From assembly GCA_964106915.2 (NCBI GenBank), contig OZ066922.1: DNA of 64,000 nt, one strand, 5' to 3'. Shown here piece after piece: positions 47,844 to 62,829 of this stretch. Position 1 is the stretch's first letter, and each line of letters opens with the position of its first letter. This stretch comes from Podarcis gaigeae. Lineage: Eukaryota. Position numbers and translations under genes: made by a program. The notes under the pieces were generated by a model that worked only from the letters and a program-made list of their open reading frames with translations, was not told the DNA's origin and ran no database searches.

Positions 47844-50800
47844 ATGTATGCAATCTGAGTTGGTGGGTGGGCAGAGATTAACCTCTTTCTATCCTAATCT
47901 CTCATCAAGAGTGGAATTGTGGTTCCTATTTGACCTGAAAGGATGTGGGTCTTTAAGAGACTTGGCATATCTCTTAGAGTTTGTCATTTTGAAAGTCAGG
48001 AATGGAAGAATGCCCCTCCTGGTACGTAAATGAGCACAGCATCTGGTGAGGCACCAGGAACTCATGCCAGGTCCAAGCTCTGCCCTTCTACCAAGGACTG
48101 ATATGCTTTCCACTTTGGAAATTAAAAAAAAAATCTTTTTTGGCCTGAGGCCCTTGACCTTTCACTGAAAGACAGATGCTTCTATGTATTTGTCATGCCT
48201 TATTACGAGTATTACAAGCAGGCAAATGATTCCTGGGTATTATATGCTTTCATACCCCTCTCTCTTTCATCTTTGCCTATCAAAATCCCTCGCTCTCTTT
48301 TATGAACATTCTCTCCCCCCTGCCCCCGCCCCCCCCCCAAATCCAGCCTCCACATGCTTTCTGAACTCACCCGAGCTTCTGGGCTTTTATTTTGATTTAC
48401 TGACGTTGCTCCTATGCTTTTAATGGCAAACTGAAACACAAAAATGGGGGGAGGTATTGTGATGGCAAAAGATGCTCAACTTTGAGGCAATGCTAAAGGG
48501 ACAAGGGCATCGCCGCAGGCGTGTGGGTGGCCACTTTATACATTAGAGATGCTTTTTAAAAAATAAATGTCAAACAATAAAATTCTGGGTACCCTCCAGC
48601 CCCTGCCCACACCCACCCACCAATACAAGGTGCTCATTTCTTTAAACAGCATACCTGAACGCACATCTGATAAGGCTTGTGAATGACGCATTTGGGTACC
48701 ATTTGGCATTTTTGATTAAAGAGTGAGATTGTAGGATTTAAGAGTCCTCCTTTGCAGATAACATGCATAGTTGCCACTGATCTATTGAACTGATATATTT
48801 AGAAAGATCATTTGAAGGAAGATCTCACAGCCTATTGAGTTTGAAGCTGTTCCAGACATTCAGTTTTTTTCCCCTCCCTGCAGCCAAATTCTCCAAGGTA
48901 AACGGGCTAAAATATTTTGCTGGAGGGGATACTTTCCTTTCAAGGTTCATTCCTTTGCATAAGAAATATACTAAAGGAGTGATGAGGGTTGGGCGGGGGA
49001 GAGAATCAAAGACAAAACAGAAAAATCAAATATTCTTAAAGGCTTTGGGATTTTGTTTTGCTTTTACCAATTGTGCAAGCCCCCCTCCCCCGCAAAATAC
49101 TAGGCATATGTGAGTAATATAATAGCATTCACATTTAACTTATTTTTTAAAATATTCACTCGCATCCCTGATGTTATATGATTGGATGAAAAGACCCTTT
49201 GCAACTTATTTCAGATATCTGCTACAGACAAGTCATCTGCTAATTATCCTGACAGAAGCAATATGCATATAAGCCTCTGAGAGCAGGGTTTCAGAAATGG
49301 ATGGCACAGAGGGAAATATCCTGCTACTCTTTGTATCATGAATATGTTTCATATTTATATTATCTATCTTTTGCTAATAATTTCTTGTAAATAACCTGTC
49401 CACATTTATATGTGTGTGTGTATGCGTGTGTGTGTGTGTAAACACAAATAAATGTACACAATACACACATATAGTGCTTTCTTTTGTGTCTATGCTAATT
49501 ATACTGGGATTGCTTATATTGCTGAAACCAGGCTGGATAACAACTTTTTTTTAGTATCTCCCCGTCTGTCTTGGTGTGTAGGGCTAAGGGGCACATAATC
49601 ATTATGCAAGATGCCACTCTAGAACAGATTTTCCTGTTTCACCTCATCCATTTCATTTTTCTCCCCAGCGCCGCTTAGTATCTCCTTTTGCCCTGAACAA
49701 TTCTATTGCAAAATAAGCAGCGCCTGCTATTATTAAAAGGGATTCTTGCCAGGAGGTAAAGCAAACAAATAAAATCAAGGGGAAATTTGCTCCAAGAAGA
49801 TTTGCTTACTTATTCTGCGGACTGGAGATAGTATAGTCTTACACTCACTGAAATTGTCTTCCCCCCTTTCTTTCCTCCCGGGTTCTAAGAAAATGTGCCT
49901 AAAGCTATTATCGTATCTATCGACTCTGTGGGATTTAACTGACGTGGCTCCTTTTCCCCAAGTGGCGAAAAAATGACCTCTGTGAGGCAAAGTTCAAGCT
50001 GAGCAAAAGCTCCGAGAGCGACATTAGAGACCTGTCAGTTGCTTGGTAGGATAAAAGTGTAAAATTATATGTGATGCACAGTTCAGTCACATCAAACAGC
50101 AAAGAAATGTTTACTGAATGAACTACACAGTTGCTAATTACACTTTCCCCTTAAGTATGCACATTATGATGGGTAACAAATACCAAGAGATTCTGGATAG
50201 GGAAAGCTTCTAATAAGTATGCAACATTTGCATCAGGCATGTTTTTGCACCTTAATTTCTTTTGGTACTTATTTATACTGCAGAGACAAATTTGGCTTGT
50301 CATCATGTGCACTATGTTTATCTGTTGACCTCCCATGCAATACCCATTTTTTAAAAAATATATATAAAAAAAATAAGAGATCTCCCCTCTATCTTTCATG
50401 CAAATGAGCAAACAAGGGGGGGGGGATAGAAATTTGCACCATGTAAGGCATACACAGAACCTTTCAGTAATTAAGTGACTCAGTAATCAAGCTACTCATG
50501 TGATGAGATCTAATAATAACCATGGAGACATTCAAATGATACCACAAAAAGGGACAGGATGCTGGTATTTCACCCAGTCCATTCCTTTCCTATTTCTCAC
50601 ATTAGCTGGATGATATCACCTAGTCCTGGTGACTGACAAATCTGTCAGTTTTACTTTCTCCCTGTTACTCATTTTCAGTCTTAAATGCAGCAATCTTTCT
50701 TATTTATTTATACCTCGTGAAATTTCATCAACATTTTAGTGCAAATTCTCCTAATGCACAAATTTTTGCACACCATTTTAATGAATATTTTTTTAATGTT

Positions 50801-52774
50801 TAAATTTCCCTAATATAATGCATTTTTATGCATGCTTTCCCCGGCTACATGCATTTTTGTACACATTGTTTGATCAGAGAACATTGCTGCAAAATTTGGA
50901 GAAATGTGATTTCAAAGGATAGTGACATATTACCGTACTTTGCATGTTGGTTCACGAAGTGCAAAGTAGGTAGTTTTGCAATAAAATGCAAACAGAATCC
51001 CACTTCTCCCCATCCCTACCTAGTCCTTTCCTTTCCCATGAGTTAGTTCTGTCTTGTGTGCACACCTCAATAATTCTGGCTTAACTAGGGAAATTGTATG
51101 TAGTGAGCTGTCTAAAGAACAATGTTATGGATGGCCTAGATGAATGCTGCAGATAAATAAATACATTTCTCAAATTAACCATAGATTGGTGCTTGCACTT
51201 TCTGCCACAGCTTCCATTTGCTTGAATATTCTTTTTCCTCTAAGTTACCTATCCCTTCATAGTACACACACATAACCAAAAGGGAAAAGCAAACTTGATG
51301 ACGTGACCAAGGATTCTTTTTTCAATTACTGATGAGCACCAGTGCTTCTAAACATTAGGGAAACACTGCACAAAAAGAATTGTGGTGCAGCCTCATAAAT
51401 AGCCACATCACTTTTGCTTTTCAGATTATTTTAGCAAAGTGTATACATACATCCGAAACACTTTGAACAATGAGAACCTTGATACAATCATGTCAGTGAG
51501 GTTCCTTCACGTTTTTGCAGTGTTTCATCAATGCACATACATATGCCACACGGGGGTTGGGGGGGAGATGAAGGAAATAGGAAGCTTCAGTAAACTGAAC
51601 TCTGTACAAAATTTGGATTTAAAAAACAAAAACAAAGCATGTGTACTATGTTGCAATGGCCCTATTATATCCCTTCCAGTTTTGAAACGAGACCAATGAA
51701 CTCCTAAATCCAGGGAGAAATTTAAATGTGGAATATTATGAACACATTCTTAAAAGTACAATCCATTTATCTACAGAAGTATCCAGGCAGAGCAAAAGAT
51801 ACATTTGTGGTTCAGATACGTAATCTGTGCCAGCGATCTGAAGAACTACTTACGCTTGTCTAGCAGTCAGTAATGGGATGTTCCCCACTAATTTATTTTC
51901 TTTGAGCAGCAAGCTACAATGCTACATCAATAACTTTTGAAACTCCATATGGTCAATGGTGGCTGAGGGGAAGGTTCATAAGAACATAAGACGAGCATTC
52001 TGGATCAGACCAAGGGCCCATCTTGCCCAGTATCCTGTTCCAACACTAGGCAGTCAGATGCCTGTGGGAAGTCTGTAAGTTGGACATGAGCACAACAGGA
52101 ATCTGCTCAGCTGTGATTCCTAGAAGCTGGTATTCAGAGGAATCCTGACAGGGGAGCTAGAACATAGCCATTTACAGCCTTGCCCTCCATAAATTTGTAT
52201 AATGCTATTTTTAAGCCATCCAAGATGGTGGTCATTACTGTCTCTCTTAGTTGCAACCACCCAGAAAAGTTCTTCAGATGATCTGCTCAGCACACAGGGA
52301 GACTGATGTGAAAGCAGGCATTCCATTAGTAATGTTGATGAGTTTTCCTTGCTTCTATATAGAGGTTCTCCGGAGGATCTGAGGCCCTATGCACATGTCC
52401 ATGAACCATATCACCACCACCATCATCACCACCTCCATGAGTGCATGTCATTTGAGTACAAGGGGACACCTCAGCCAAAGTTAGCACTTAATGTATATGA
52501 GAGACAAGAAGCAGCACTGATCAACTGAATCCAGACAAGAAAATTGGGCTGTGAGAGGATTCACTGGAGCTTGGGGGGGGGGTATAGACAAAATTCTTAC
52601 CAACAACTGTGTTTATAAAGTGGGTATGTATGTAATACTCTTTAATGGTTACCTGTACGAGTCCTTTCTCCTCTAGTGATCTACTCAGTCACTATGATCA
52701 GTTGATAACGCTCTAGGAAGGATTGTTCAGTGCCAGTTGTTTAGTGTGGTGGCTCCCACTCTGTGAAATCATCT

Positions 52775-53040
52775 CCCTGGACAGTTAAGTCCATTCAAAT
52801 TTGACTATCGGATGCAGCGTTTATCTCTGCTTTTAGGCTGAGGGAACAGGGGTTTGTCTGCAGACAGTTTTTCTGGATCATGTGGACAGCATGACTTTTC
52901 CGGGTCTTTCTGGCACACGGGATATTATGATGAGTGCCAGAGTGCACAGAAACGCTGTTTACCTTCCCGCTGCAGCAGTATCTATTTATCTACTTGCACT
53001 GGTGGGCTTTCGAACAGCTAGGTTGGCAGCAGCTGGGACA
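52775..53040 (-). mobile_element. Degenerate Sauria SINE
   Basis: Reverse complement of the Sauria body (GTTTACCTTCCCGCTG, TATTTATCTACTTGCAC, TTCGAACAGCTAGGTTGGC). Confidence 0.75.
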
Positions 53041-53627
53041 AAGCATATTACATCTGTTGGACAGAGATGTGTCCTTTTTACAGAACTTCATAGCAACCAG
53101 GATGTTTGGACTGTATGTATACCAAATTCCAGCTTTCTATCTGTTGTGGAAACGTCTTATAATTTATAGCCAGTTAGTGTATTCACCAGTGTCATGGTTT
53201 TAATTGTTTAAAACATTTTGACATGGTAAATTTTATCAAGTTACGGGTATGCTATTATTATTTTATTTATATACTGTTTTACGCCAAAATGACTTCCAAA
53301 CAGTTTACAAAGACCCATTATACCATGCATTAAAATATAAACATCCATTGTGAAAATACACAATAAAGCAATCTCATTGAAACAATACAGTGATTGAAAT
53401 GGGAGACTCGGGTCAAGCCATCAATGGTAAGCCTGTGTAAACAGGTGCATCTTTAAAAACAGATGGAATGCCAATACAGACCGGGGCCTTCACCATCCAG
53501 CAAGGAAAACACTCCATAGCATCAGTGCCTTCTATGAAAAGGCCCACCTCTATGTTACCATAAGCTGATAAGCATTAAGCCATTGTAGGACTAACCAGGT
53601 TCCATCTGCTGAAATCAATGCCTTTGC

Positions 53628-53876
53628 TGAAGAAGAAGAAGAAGAGTTTGGATTTGATATCCCGCCTTTCACTCCCCTTCAGGAGTCTCAAAGCGGCTAA
53701 CAATCTCCTTTCCCTTCCTCCCCCACAACAAACACTCTGTGAGGTGAGTGGGGCTGAGAGACTTCAAAGAAGTGTGACTGGCCCAAGGTCACCCAGCAGC
53801 TGCATGTGGAGGAGCGGAGACACGAACCCGGTTCACCAGATTACGTGACTACCACTCTTAACCACTACACCACACT
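53628..53876 (-). mobile_element. Squam3-like SINE
   Basis: Reverse copy of 12821-13076 with (GAA)n at the left end. Confidence 0.8.
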
Positions 53877-56603
53877 GCTGAGAACCAGAGGGGAAATTGG
53901 TCTTTCTGGTAAACTGATCCAGAGTTTTCCAGGACTTTATAACGATATACTTCACCTATCCCACCTTTGGTCTTTTCTTCTCTTACTTTTGCAACAAATA
54001 TGCAGGACACACAAGACCAAGTAGAAGTCAGCCTCGGTCTTTTATTTACATCAGGGATTAGGAACAACCTTCAGATGTTCATGGAATCATAGAATTGTAA
54101 TGTTGGAAGGGACCCCAAGGTTTATCCAGTCCAACCTCATGCAATGTAGGAATCTAAACTGAAGTGATCTAAACTAAAGATTACTTGGACTCCCAGCTGT
54201 TATCAGTTCCAGCCAGCTTGGCCAACGGTCAGAGTTGATGGGCACTGTAGTCCAGCAATATCCCCTACCTAATCCCCATGGTGAAATTCACCACAGCCTG
54301 TTGTTGGGCATCTCTTCATAGAGTGCCTCTTTCCAAGTCCAAAGAATGGTTATCTATTCTTGTGACAAAATGCACTTGTATACACGACTTAACCAGTCAT
54401 GGGAACAGTGCACATTTTAATTACTAAGCATTTTCAACAACATTGAATTGTTCTTGGTTTTTTAATTGTGGAGCTTCCTCAATTCTCTCTTTTATTTGTC
54501 ATTAATTTTGATTCGCTTCTACAAAGTTTAGACAGAAGTTAGATCATGTCCAGTCTTTATAGAGCATTTCTTCTTATTTGTTTGCAGAGCGATGATACAT
54601 CAATGAACATTCACCCTGAATTCATCTGGATTTGCTTCCCTTGTGGTTATACATCTTCTCGCGAGTCGTTCATTCATCCCACACTTTTCAGTGCTTTTCC
54701 CTGTCACTTTCCTAACTGCAAAATGTTCGGGATTTTTGTGTGCGTTTGCTGTACCAGGGTTACAGAGCAGTTCAATCCACTTTAATTGTGCAAACCTAAA
54801 TTTCCAATATGCACTCGAATCCCACCTGCAAAATCCTGGCAATCTAAGAGCAACCAAAGCTGCACCAGGTAGCTTAAAGTTAAGGCTGTATAACCCCTGC
54901 AGAATACTAACTGGTTCTATGTACAAGCACACACCTATCCTCCTCAAGCAACATATTATGACAATGACACACCATGCCAAGACATGCTGGTCCTGAGAAA
55001 TTGTTTGATTAGCTTGTGTATTGTAAAACATCTTTCTCTTGGCAAGTACTTAAGCCCGCAAGAGCTGCCAAGCTGGAGGCACTATGGCTCACACTATAAG
55101 TCTTCCTGCAGTCCTCTGGGCCACTCTGTAACAAGAGCTACCATTTTGCTGTCACTGTCGCTTCACATATTCAGTCTCTAAAGCTCTGTTTGTTGTTTCA
55201 TTCGCTTCTATGTCTCCCTTAGGAACTTCTTCATTTTAATATAAATAGAGCGCTTTATCATGCAGTGGCAAAGCATCATGGAAGACACAACTCTCAATAT
55301 TACTGGAGATGATGCATACAGATGAATCTGGTGGCAGGTCACAAACAAAGGAACATAATGAAAGAAAACTCTTCTCTGGTGATAGAGAGACAGATACGAC
55401 TGGACGTGATATATGGTTATAAGGCACTAAATATAGCTATATTTTATATGAATAGGTGTTTTACGCTTCGTATTTATCATTTAGGAAAAGTTTATGAAAA
55501 ATAAAAAAGGAGGGGATATAAAGGGTTCTGGTCACACCAATAACTCTCTCTTTCTTTTAATGGCATTTACAAAGATCAGAATTATGGCATACTTAGTGAA
55601 GCTTTTTCTGACAAGGGCCTGCAAGGCAGAAAAACTGTTCTTCTCCTGATAAACAAGAGCAAAGGCCTCCCCTCTGACAGATAGGTTTGTGTTGTACAAG
55701 GAGATTTTGACATTGGGGCAGTTTCAAACCAATGCCTGCCTGTCCCATCCCCCTGCCCAATCGGTGATACAATCTCACAGTTTGGTGTTTTAATTTAGCC
55801 AGCTTGCAATGCTCAGCTCTGTTATCAAGCGCAATTTTCCCAAAAAGTGCTTTTCTAGCATGGAAGGTTGAAAGAGATTCTATGTGCATGTGGCATCTGC
55901 ATTCAGCAGACTGGGCGCCTGAAGTCAGCTTCTTCCTGACACAGGTGCAGAATCTTGACAAGAGTCTGTATTTTATTGCGGTGAAACATTGTGAACTATA
56001 AGGCCAGCTGCACTGAAATGGGTGCTTGCGCAATGTTATCTTAATCTTAACGTACTACAATTTCCAGGGGGCATTAGGATGATATGTGTGGCACCATCAG
56101 CACACCTGTCAACCTTGGAGCCAGGAGGCAGCTCTTGCAATGTTCACTGAGAGGCCTTGTAAACATTGACACCATGCCAAACCAAACTGTGCCCCATCCT
56201 GACTGTTGACATTCCTTGTGTTCACGTGTTTCCTTTTTAGTATTCCTCTGACCCAAGCTGTAGTTTTCCTATTCCCTTCACCAACATGATTCATTTTCGT
56301 ACCTGCAATGGGATCTGCCTTCGAGAGTACCCACATTTTGTCATCAGTATTTCACAACTTCTAACACTTCTTCCCAGTTCCTTTCACAGAACTGGGCACA
56401 CCAGTTCACGCCAGTTTCACAGAACTGGGCACACCAAAGTACATATGCCTATGGCCTCCATCCCTCCTCTCTCTGCCTTGCCTTTCAAACTTTTTAGACT
56501 TTGAATAATAGGGCTAGCCACCAATTAAATGAATCTTAGCAATAGGTAGATCGATCAATTAAACTCTATATAGATATGCATTTGAGAAAAAGCATATGAA
56601 GAA

Positions 56604-56760
56604 GGGACTCTGCCTTATTCCAAGTCAGATCATTGGTCCATCTAGTTCAGTTCTGTCTCCAGGTTTTCAAGGCAGGGTCCTTTCTCAGTCTCACCTGAGG
56701 GTTTGAACCTGGAGCCACCTGCATGCAAAGTGGATGCTCTACCACTGAGCTATGGCCCTT
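56604..56760 (-). mobile_element. tRNA-derived SINE (Ala-like head)
   Basis: Reverse complement GGGCCATAGCTCAGTGGTAGAGCATCCACTTTGCATGC...CCAGGTTCAAACCC. Confidence 0.72.
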
Positions 56761-58835
56761 ATGACCTTAGTCCTAAAAAGAAATGCATTTGCTTTTATGT
56801 GATTTGGGACAACACACCCTGAGGGTCACTTTTATCTACATTGACCTGCCTGAACATTAAGGTCAACACCAGAAGATCTTCTCCAGGTTCCCTGCCAAAC
56901 GAGGAATGAAAGCAACTGAGGTGGACCACAAAATGGTGCACCCACACATGCAGACTCCACCAGGGAGAAGGGGTTAGTGATGAACTACATCAAGAACACA
57001 GAGGCAATAAATATCCACATCAAGAACAAGAGTGTGAGGAGACCAGCAGCACCTCCTCTTCACCAACAGGCCATTGTAGGGCAGCATGGGATGTGTGCTA
57101 CTCAGGAGGTGACAGATCCAGCCTCCAAAGAGTGTGCTGCAGTGGTTGCTGTGACAGCAGCAGGTTATGCTTTCCTTGGAGGCTGGATCTGCTGTCCCTG
57201 TGGATCCTGCCCCCCCCGAGGTGGTCGCCTCATCTTGCCTCATGGGTGGGCTGGCCCTGGTGGTACCCTCCCCTTTGGAATTCTCTCTCCACCTCGTAAC
57301 TTCTCTGTTATCTTTTCAGTAGCAGGCAAATATTTTTGCATTTTCCCCAGGCATCTTAAAAGCAAAGAAATTAGCTGCTCCGAATTGTAGCTGTTTTAAG
57401 GTTGTTTCCTTTTTATTTTGGTATTCTACAATGTTTAAATCTGGAGTTGTCAATTTAATTGTGAGGAGCAGGAGTATAAATCTATAAATAAGTATGTTAG
57501 TATGAAAAACAAAAAGACCTGCTCAGAGGTTTATAAATTAAATATTATTTCCCTCTTGCATGGGGCTAAGCCTGAGAGAACAGTGTTTTGCCTAATACAA
57601 AACACTGATTTAATTTAATTAGATTGAAGTTGAAATCTTATAACTGAGAGTAAGCACTGTTGAAGCAAGTTCTTCTAAGCAGGCATGTATATTATAGTAC
57701 TGAAACTCTTTCTTAAAAAATAGGACCCAATTCTTTGCTCTGTAAACTACTAATACACTGAGATGGCATTATTACAGATAAATTCCTGTAAAGAGCCATT
57801 ACTAGTTGTTAATCAGTGATCAGACCTCTCTGATCATAAATATTTTCATCTTCTAATACTTGAAGCAGTTGTGATGCTTTTACCTGTATAAACGGACATA
57901 CAATACCATTAAATAATGCCATTTGTAAGGGACGAATATAAAAAACTGCACAACTGGTTAAAACAAATGCAAACTAATTTGTGCTAATTTAAAAACAGAA
58001 GATAAAGTTACACTGCACATCACATCCTGAACACTGTGTGTGTGTTCCAGATATTTGGAAAATGTCGAGATCCAGTTACAAATTCAAAAGTAGAAAATAT
58101 GAGACCATGAAATTCGGTCGTTAGAATGCAGAACATTTGTACATTGTAAATACCACAAGACTTCTTATATTGCATGAACAGAATTGGCAAGCAGCTATTT
58201 CTTTAGTTTTATGTTGCTTTTAATCTCTGTTTATTTATTTAATCTTATACCTACCACCATTCTTGAGAACAGAATGGCTAACAACACATACAGATTTATA
58301 TTTCTTTTTTTCTTTTTCTTTTTCTTTAAAAAAAGCCTATTAAAAATAGTTTATTAAATTAAAATCCAAATTAGTCACTAGTGCAGAGAGAGACTAAAGC
58401 TCAACAGTCACAAAACTGTTATAAAACAGCAGCAGTAATTAAAACTTCAGCCTGTAAAAGCATGCTGGAACAACTAAATATCATAATTGTATGTTTTTTA
58501 TTGCCGTTGAATGTGTGCCTGCTGCTACTACCGATTGGTTTAGTGAGGTCCTTGGATCATCCCCACTGGGGTCAGCCAGAACCCTGGTAGAGCACTGAGA
58601 AGACAGTCAAACTTGACTATCTAGAGGAAATAAGAGCTAAACAAGGTTTTTGTAGATTAACCAGGCCTTTGGCTGATCAACATTCTATGGCCTTTTAATT
58701 GTTTTTGTGGGAGCAGGGTTATTGGTTTGTTTTTGTGTTATGTAATTTGGGTACTCATTTTGTATTTTCATATTGTGAACTACCCTGTGATCTTCAGACG
58801 AAGGCGGTATACAAATTTAATTAATAAATAAAGTA

Positions 58836-59050
58836 CAGCGGTACCTCGGGTTACAGACGCTTCAGGTTATAGACTCTGCTAACCCCGAAATAGTACCTCG
58901 GGTTAAGAACTTTGCTTCAGGATGAGAACAGAAATCGTGCTGCAGCAGCGGGAGGCCCCATTAGCTAAAGCGGTGTCTCAGGTTAAGAATAGTTTCAGGT
59001 TAAGAACGGACCTCCAGAATGAATTAAGTTCTTAACCCGAGGTACCACTG
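58836..59050. mobile_element. Tc1/mariner-type MITE (opposite orientation)
   Basis: TA-CAGCGGTACCTCGGGTTA...TAACCCGAGGTACCACTG-TA. Confidence 0.9.
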
Positions 59051-59398
59051 TAAACAAACAATGCCTTTAAAAAGTAAGAGCAGTGGCACAAAAGTCTTCG
59101 CTGTGTATTATTCCATGTACCCAGGCCCAGATTCAACAAACCACGCATGCTAGTGGAAGCCCTCCCACTAGTACAAACGGGCTTCACCCTTCCTCTTGAT
59201 GTGCAGTCCCTACATCTCCCCCTAATTCACTCTTGAGGTTCAGGAGAACCCCCCCCCCCAGAACAGCGCATGGGAGAAGAAGAGCCTCTGGCAAGCGGAA
59301 ATGTTTGTTCTGATGGAATGATCAGTAGAACACAACAGTGAATTACTTCTCATGGTTGCTTTCATGTACTAAGATTACTTTTGAGTCTTTGAGGTCTG

Positions 59399-59725
59399 CT
59401 TAGGGCTTGCCGATCGGAAGGTTGGTGGTTCGAATCCCCGCAACGGGGTGAGCTCCCATTGCTCGGTCCCTGCTCATGTCAACTTAGCAGTTCGAAAGCA
59501 CGTCAAAGTGCAAGTAGATAAATAGGAACCACTCCAGTGAGAAGGTAAACGGCGTTTCTGTGTGCTGTTCTGGTTTGCCAGAAGGGGTTAGTCATGCTGG
59601 CCACATGACCCGGAACCTGTCTGCGGACAAACGCCAGCTCCCTTGGCCAGTAAAGCGAGATGAGTGCTGCAACCCCAGAGTGGTCCACGACTGGACCTAA
59701 TGGTCAGGGGTTCCTTTACCTTTAC
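59399..59725 (+). mobile_element. Sauria SINE, 5'-truncated
   Basis: Collinear with 27398-27714; ends CCTTTACCTTTAC. Confidence 0.85.
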
Positions 59726-61611
59726 TGTCTCTGTGCACCAGGGTCAACTCCTGTTTACTTGTACCTGTCCCTGACAGCTCATTGTCCCTGTTTTTGCTTT
59801 TGAGGGAGATTCTTGGCAGGGGCAGAAATGCACCTTAACCTTTTGATTATTGTTTGTAAATGAAGTAAAACGAATGCTTGCAGATACCATTCTATGCCCA
59901 GTCACCTGGGAGTAAATCCCACTGTACATACTGGAAAGTACTCTTGGGTAGACATGCACGGGGGATGTGCTGCAACTTATGCACATTTAAATGATTTCTT
60001 CATGTATGAGTCACCCTTTTCTCTGGGAAATCTTGATGTGTGATACTTTAAGAAAGCACAAATCTGTCTTGGCAGCAGGAATAAATAAAATAAAACCTTA
60101 CAGCCTGATTTTCTCAGTGTCAGGAATGCCATCACTGAATAGGATCAGATACAATAGCCCTAATTCTTTGGATTTAGATTCGTTGGGGGGGGGGAGTGCA
60201 ATGTTTGTATACTATGAAATAATTACTTTCTTAGGCAATGGTTCAGTAGCTTAACCTTCCTTTTGCTTTGTGCTCTAAGGTTTTTCTTCACCTGTGTAGA
60301 AACTTCACCACCACACAGCTGTTAATTTCAGCAGAGTGGCGCCCTGAGCTATTTCTGTGGTCAGCTCCATATGACATCTGACATTGTATAGTACAATTTT
60401 CTATTCTGGAGCCTTCTCCATCCTGAAAGTTTACATAAATATCTTTCCCTGATGCTTTAATCTGTAGGCACAAGTATTTATATATAATCAACTGTGCTTT
60501 ATAGGAATAGTACTGCACCGACAATGTCAGGAGACTTTTGCATGCCTAAAATCAGCCTAATGTTGGCCTAGTCGGGGGCCAATTTCATGATGGGTTTGTT
60601 TGGTTGACTTAACACATGGGATAAATATTACAAAAGGCATGGTTTCATTGCAAAGTGTATTATTTAGCACGTTACACTGTGCCGATTCTGCAAACTGCTA
60701 GAGGATGCACCTGCCCCGCACAGGTTTGTTCAAATTGTTGCCTATTGGCCATGATAGTTATGCTCTTCCTGCATGATTGGTGGTAATAATGATTCTGAAT
60801 ACCAGTTGCTGGAAGCCACAGAAGGGGAGAGAGTTCCTGCACTCAGTCCTGCTTGCCAGTTTCCCATAGGCAACAGGTTGGCCCTTAAATGTAAGTTTTC
60901 CTTGTTTGACTGCCGCTATTGCATCGCTGCAACCAATAATGGTACCTTGAGAAAATGTGTGGGCATCATGTTGAGATAAGGCTTCTTTGTTTGATGGAAG
61001 CATCTAAACACATTTAAACTAATCTGGGCTTTGTGGAGAAGAAGAAAAATCAGGAATCTGAAATTACAGCTCATGCAAATGTTAGAAATGAAAGCACTTG
61101 GAACAAATTGCAACAATAGTTGTTCTTAGTAAAACACATTATTGACTTGGGTGAGCATGATGCTAAGCAAGGACTAACTAGCTCAGGATCTGGCCACATG
61201 TCAGCACCTCAAACTTTGTACCTGCGGGAGGCATTTAAGCGTGCAGAAGAGAGTGGAGTGAGATGTGCAGAGACAGAATGAAGCAGGCCATAATTTTGAT
61301 TGACAAAGCTTCCGGAAAGTAATTGTGTGGCATGCAGACAAATATCCAAAGTCAGACAATTTGCTTATTTTCTGTAATGTACCAAGCAGCCCACCTGCTT
61401 TAGTGAATGCTGGGAGGAGTAGCGTGCAGGCAATCTGCAACAGAAACCAATCCAATAAAAACATCATATCATCATTACAGTAGGCAAAGATTGTGCAGCT
61501 GAAAGCATTCATTCATAAGGAATGCAACCCTGTTCACAACTGGCATGCTTCCCAATTCCTGGAGCCAGGAGCCACTCACCTACAGGGCCATCACTGATTA
61601 TTGAGAACCAC

Positions 61612-61742
61612 CACAGAATTGTAGTTGGACCACAAAGGTCATGTGATCCAATCTCCTGCAATGCATGAAACCTTTGCCCAATGTGGGGCTCAAACCCAAG
61701 ACCCTGAGATTAAGAGCCTCATGCTCTATCCACTGAGCTATC
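61612..61742 (-). mobile_element. tRNA(Lys)-like head + CR1-tail SINE
   Basis: Reverse complement GATAGCTCAGTGGATAGAGCATGAGGCTCTTAATCTCAGGGTCTTGGGTTTGAGCCCCA. Confidence 0.72.
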
Positions 61743-62375
61743 TGTCTTCTCCTTTGTTGTGTAAGGCTGGATTTTATCATCCCTATTGGTTTAAAGCCTA
61801 TGTATAATAGGCAAAGTTATCTGAAAACTCTTTCTCTTGGGCTAAAGTAGGCCTTCCAACCAATGTAAGCAGTGAAGCACTTAAAAGGGGGCTAATTAGC
61901 TATTTGCTGTACTTGACAGACAAAAGATGTATGCAAGCACAGGGGAAAGACTGCAAATAGAGATATCCCTGATTATGTTATTGTCCAACATTTTAATTAA
62001 TTCCTTATGCTATCTGTATAATTTAAATGGTTTCTTTTTTTAAAGAGGGGGAAAGATTTAATAATAACAGGACCATAGTGTTACTTTAACTAATCACTAT
62101 CACTGCAGGGTGCTGCAAAAAAATTATGCAGCATTTCTGAGATACGCTCAAACCATCTAAGGAGAATTACGTCTGCTTCTTACTAGCCTTAATTTCTCCT
62201 TTGTTTGCAGAGCTGTGCTGAAAAAGATGTGTGACTTGATTCAGCTGATGTACTGCCCCAGAAAGGGCTTCATTTTGGAATCTGCCTTAGGTTAAAGTAC
62301 TGGGGAGGTCACTTAAAAGCTAGGACAGAGGACACCTCAAGTCTCCACTGCTCTGGCATGAAATCTGTACACACC

Positions 62376-62829
62376 TGTGGTGGATGACCCTTGCTCCAAA
62401 AAGCGTGATCAAAATTAAAGGGTTCAGGAACTCAGACCAGACCAAATTTCCTAAAATTATACATAGACTTTACTTAAACAAAACTCTACAAAAGAGAAAA
62501 ACTCCAAATGATGACACAGATTAAAATAGCTCAGAAGGTAAAAAAAAACAACACTAACTTATCCAGCTAATTAACATAAACGCTTACACTTAAATCTCAG
62601 TAGGCTGAGCAACAGAACAAGATGCTGTCAAAAGCCCAAATGGACGCTGACCTTGGCTGGCTGGTTGCTGAGAGCTCCCACCAGTCCTGGTTTTTAGACC
62701 ATGGGTGTTCACCTCTTCCAGCCAATTACCTTGTGACAATGGCCTTGAAGCCTTAACAGGAGACAACTCATTATTTCTGAGGTTCTAACCCATTCTGATA
62801 AAAAGTCTTAAAAAGGTGATATCATCACA
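62376..62829 (-). mobile_element. Solo LTR, 454 bp
   Basis: TGTGGTG...CATCACA termini (6/7 inverted) with perfect 5-bp TSD ACACC (62371-62375, 62830-62834); orientation inferred from AGTAAA and TATA-like motifs on the minus strand. Confidence 0.68.

Noticed and set aside
54580-55430. Acceptor-like sites at ~54587 and ~55222 with short downstream ORFs
   Set aside because: No recognisable protein or consistent donor; frames close quickly.
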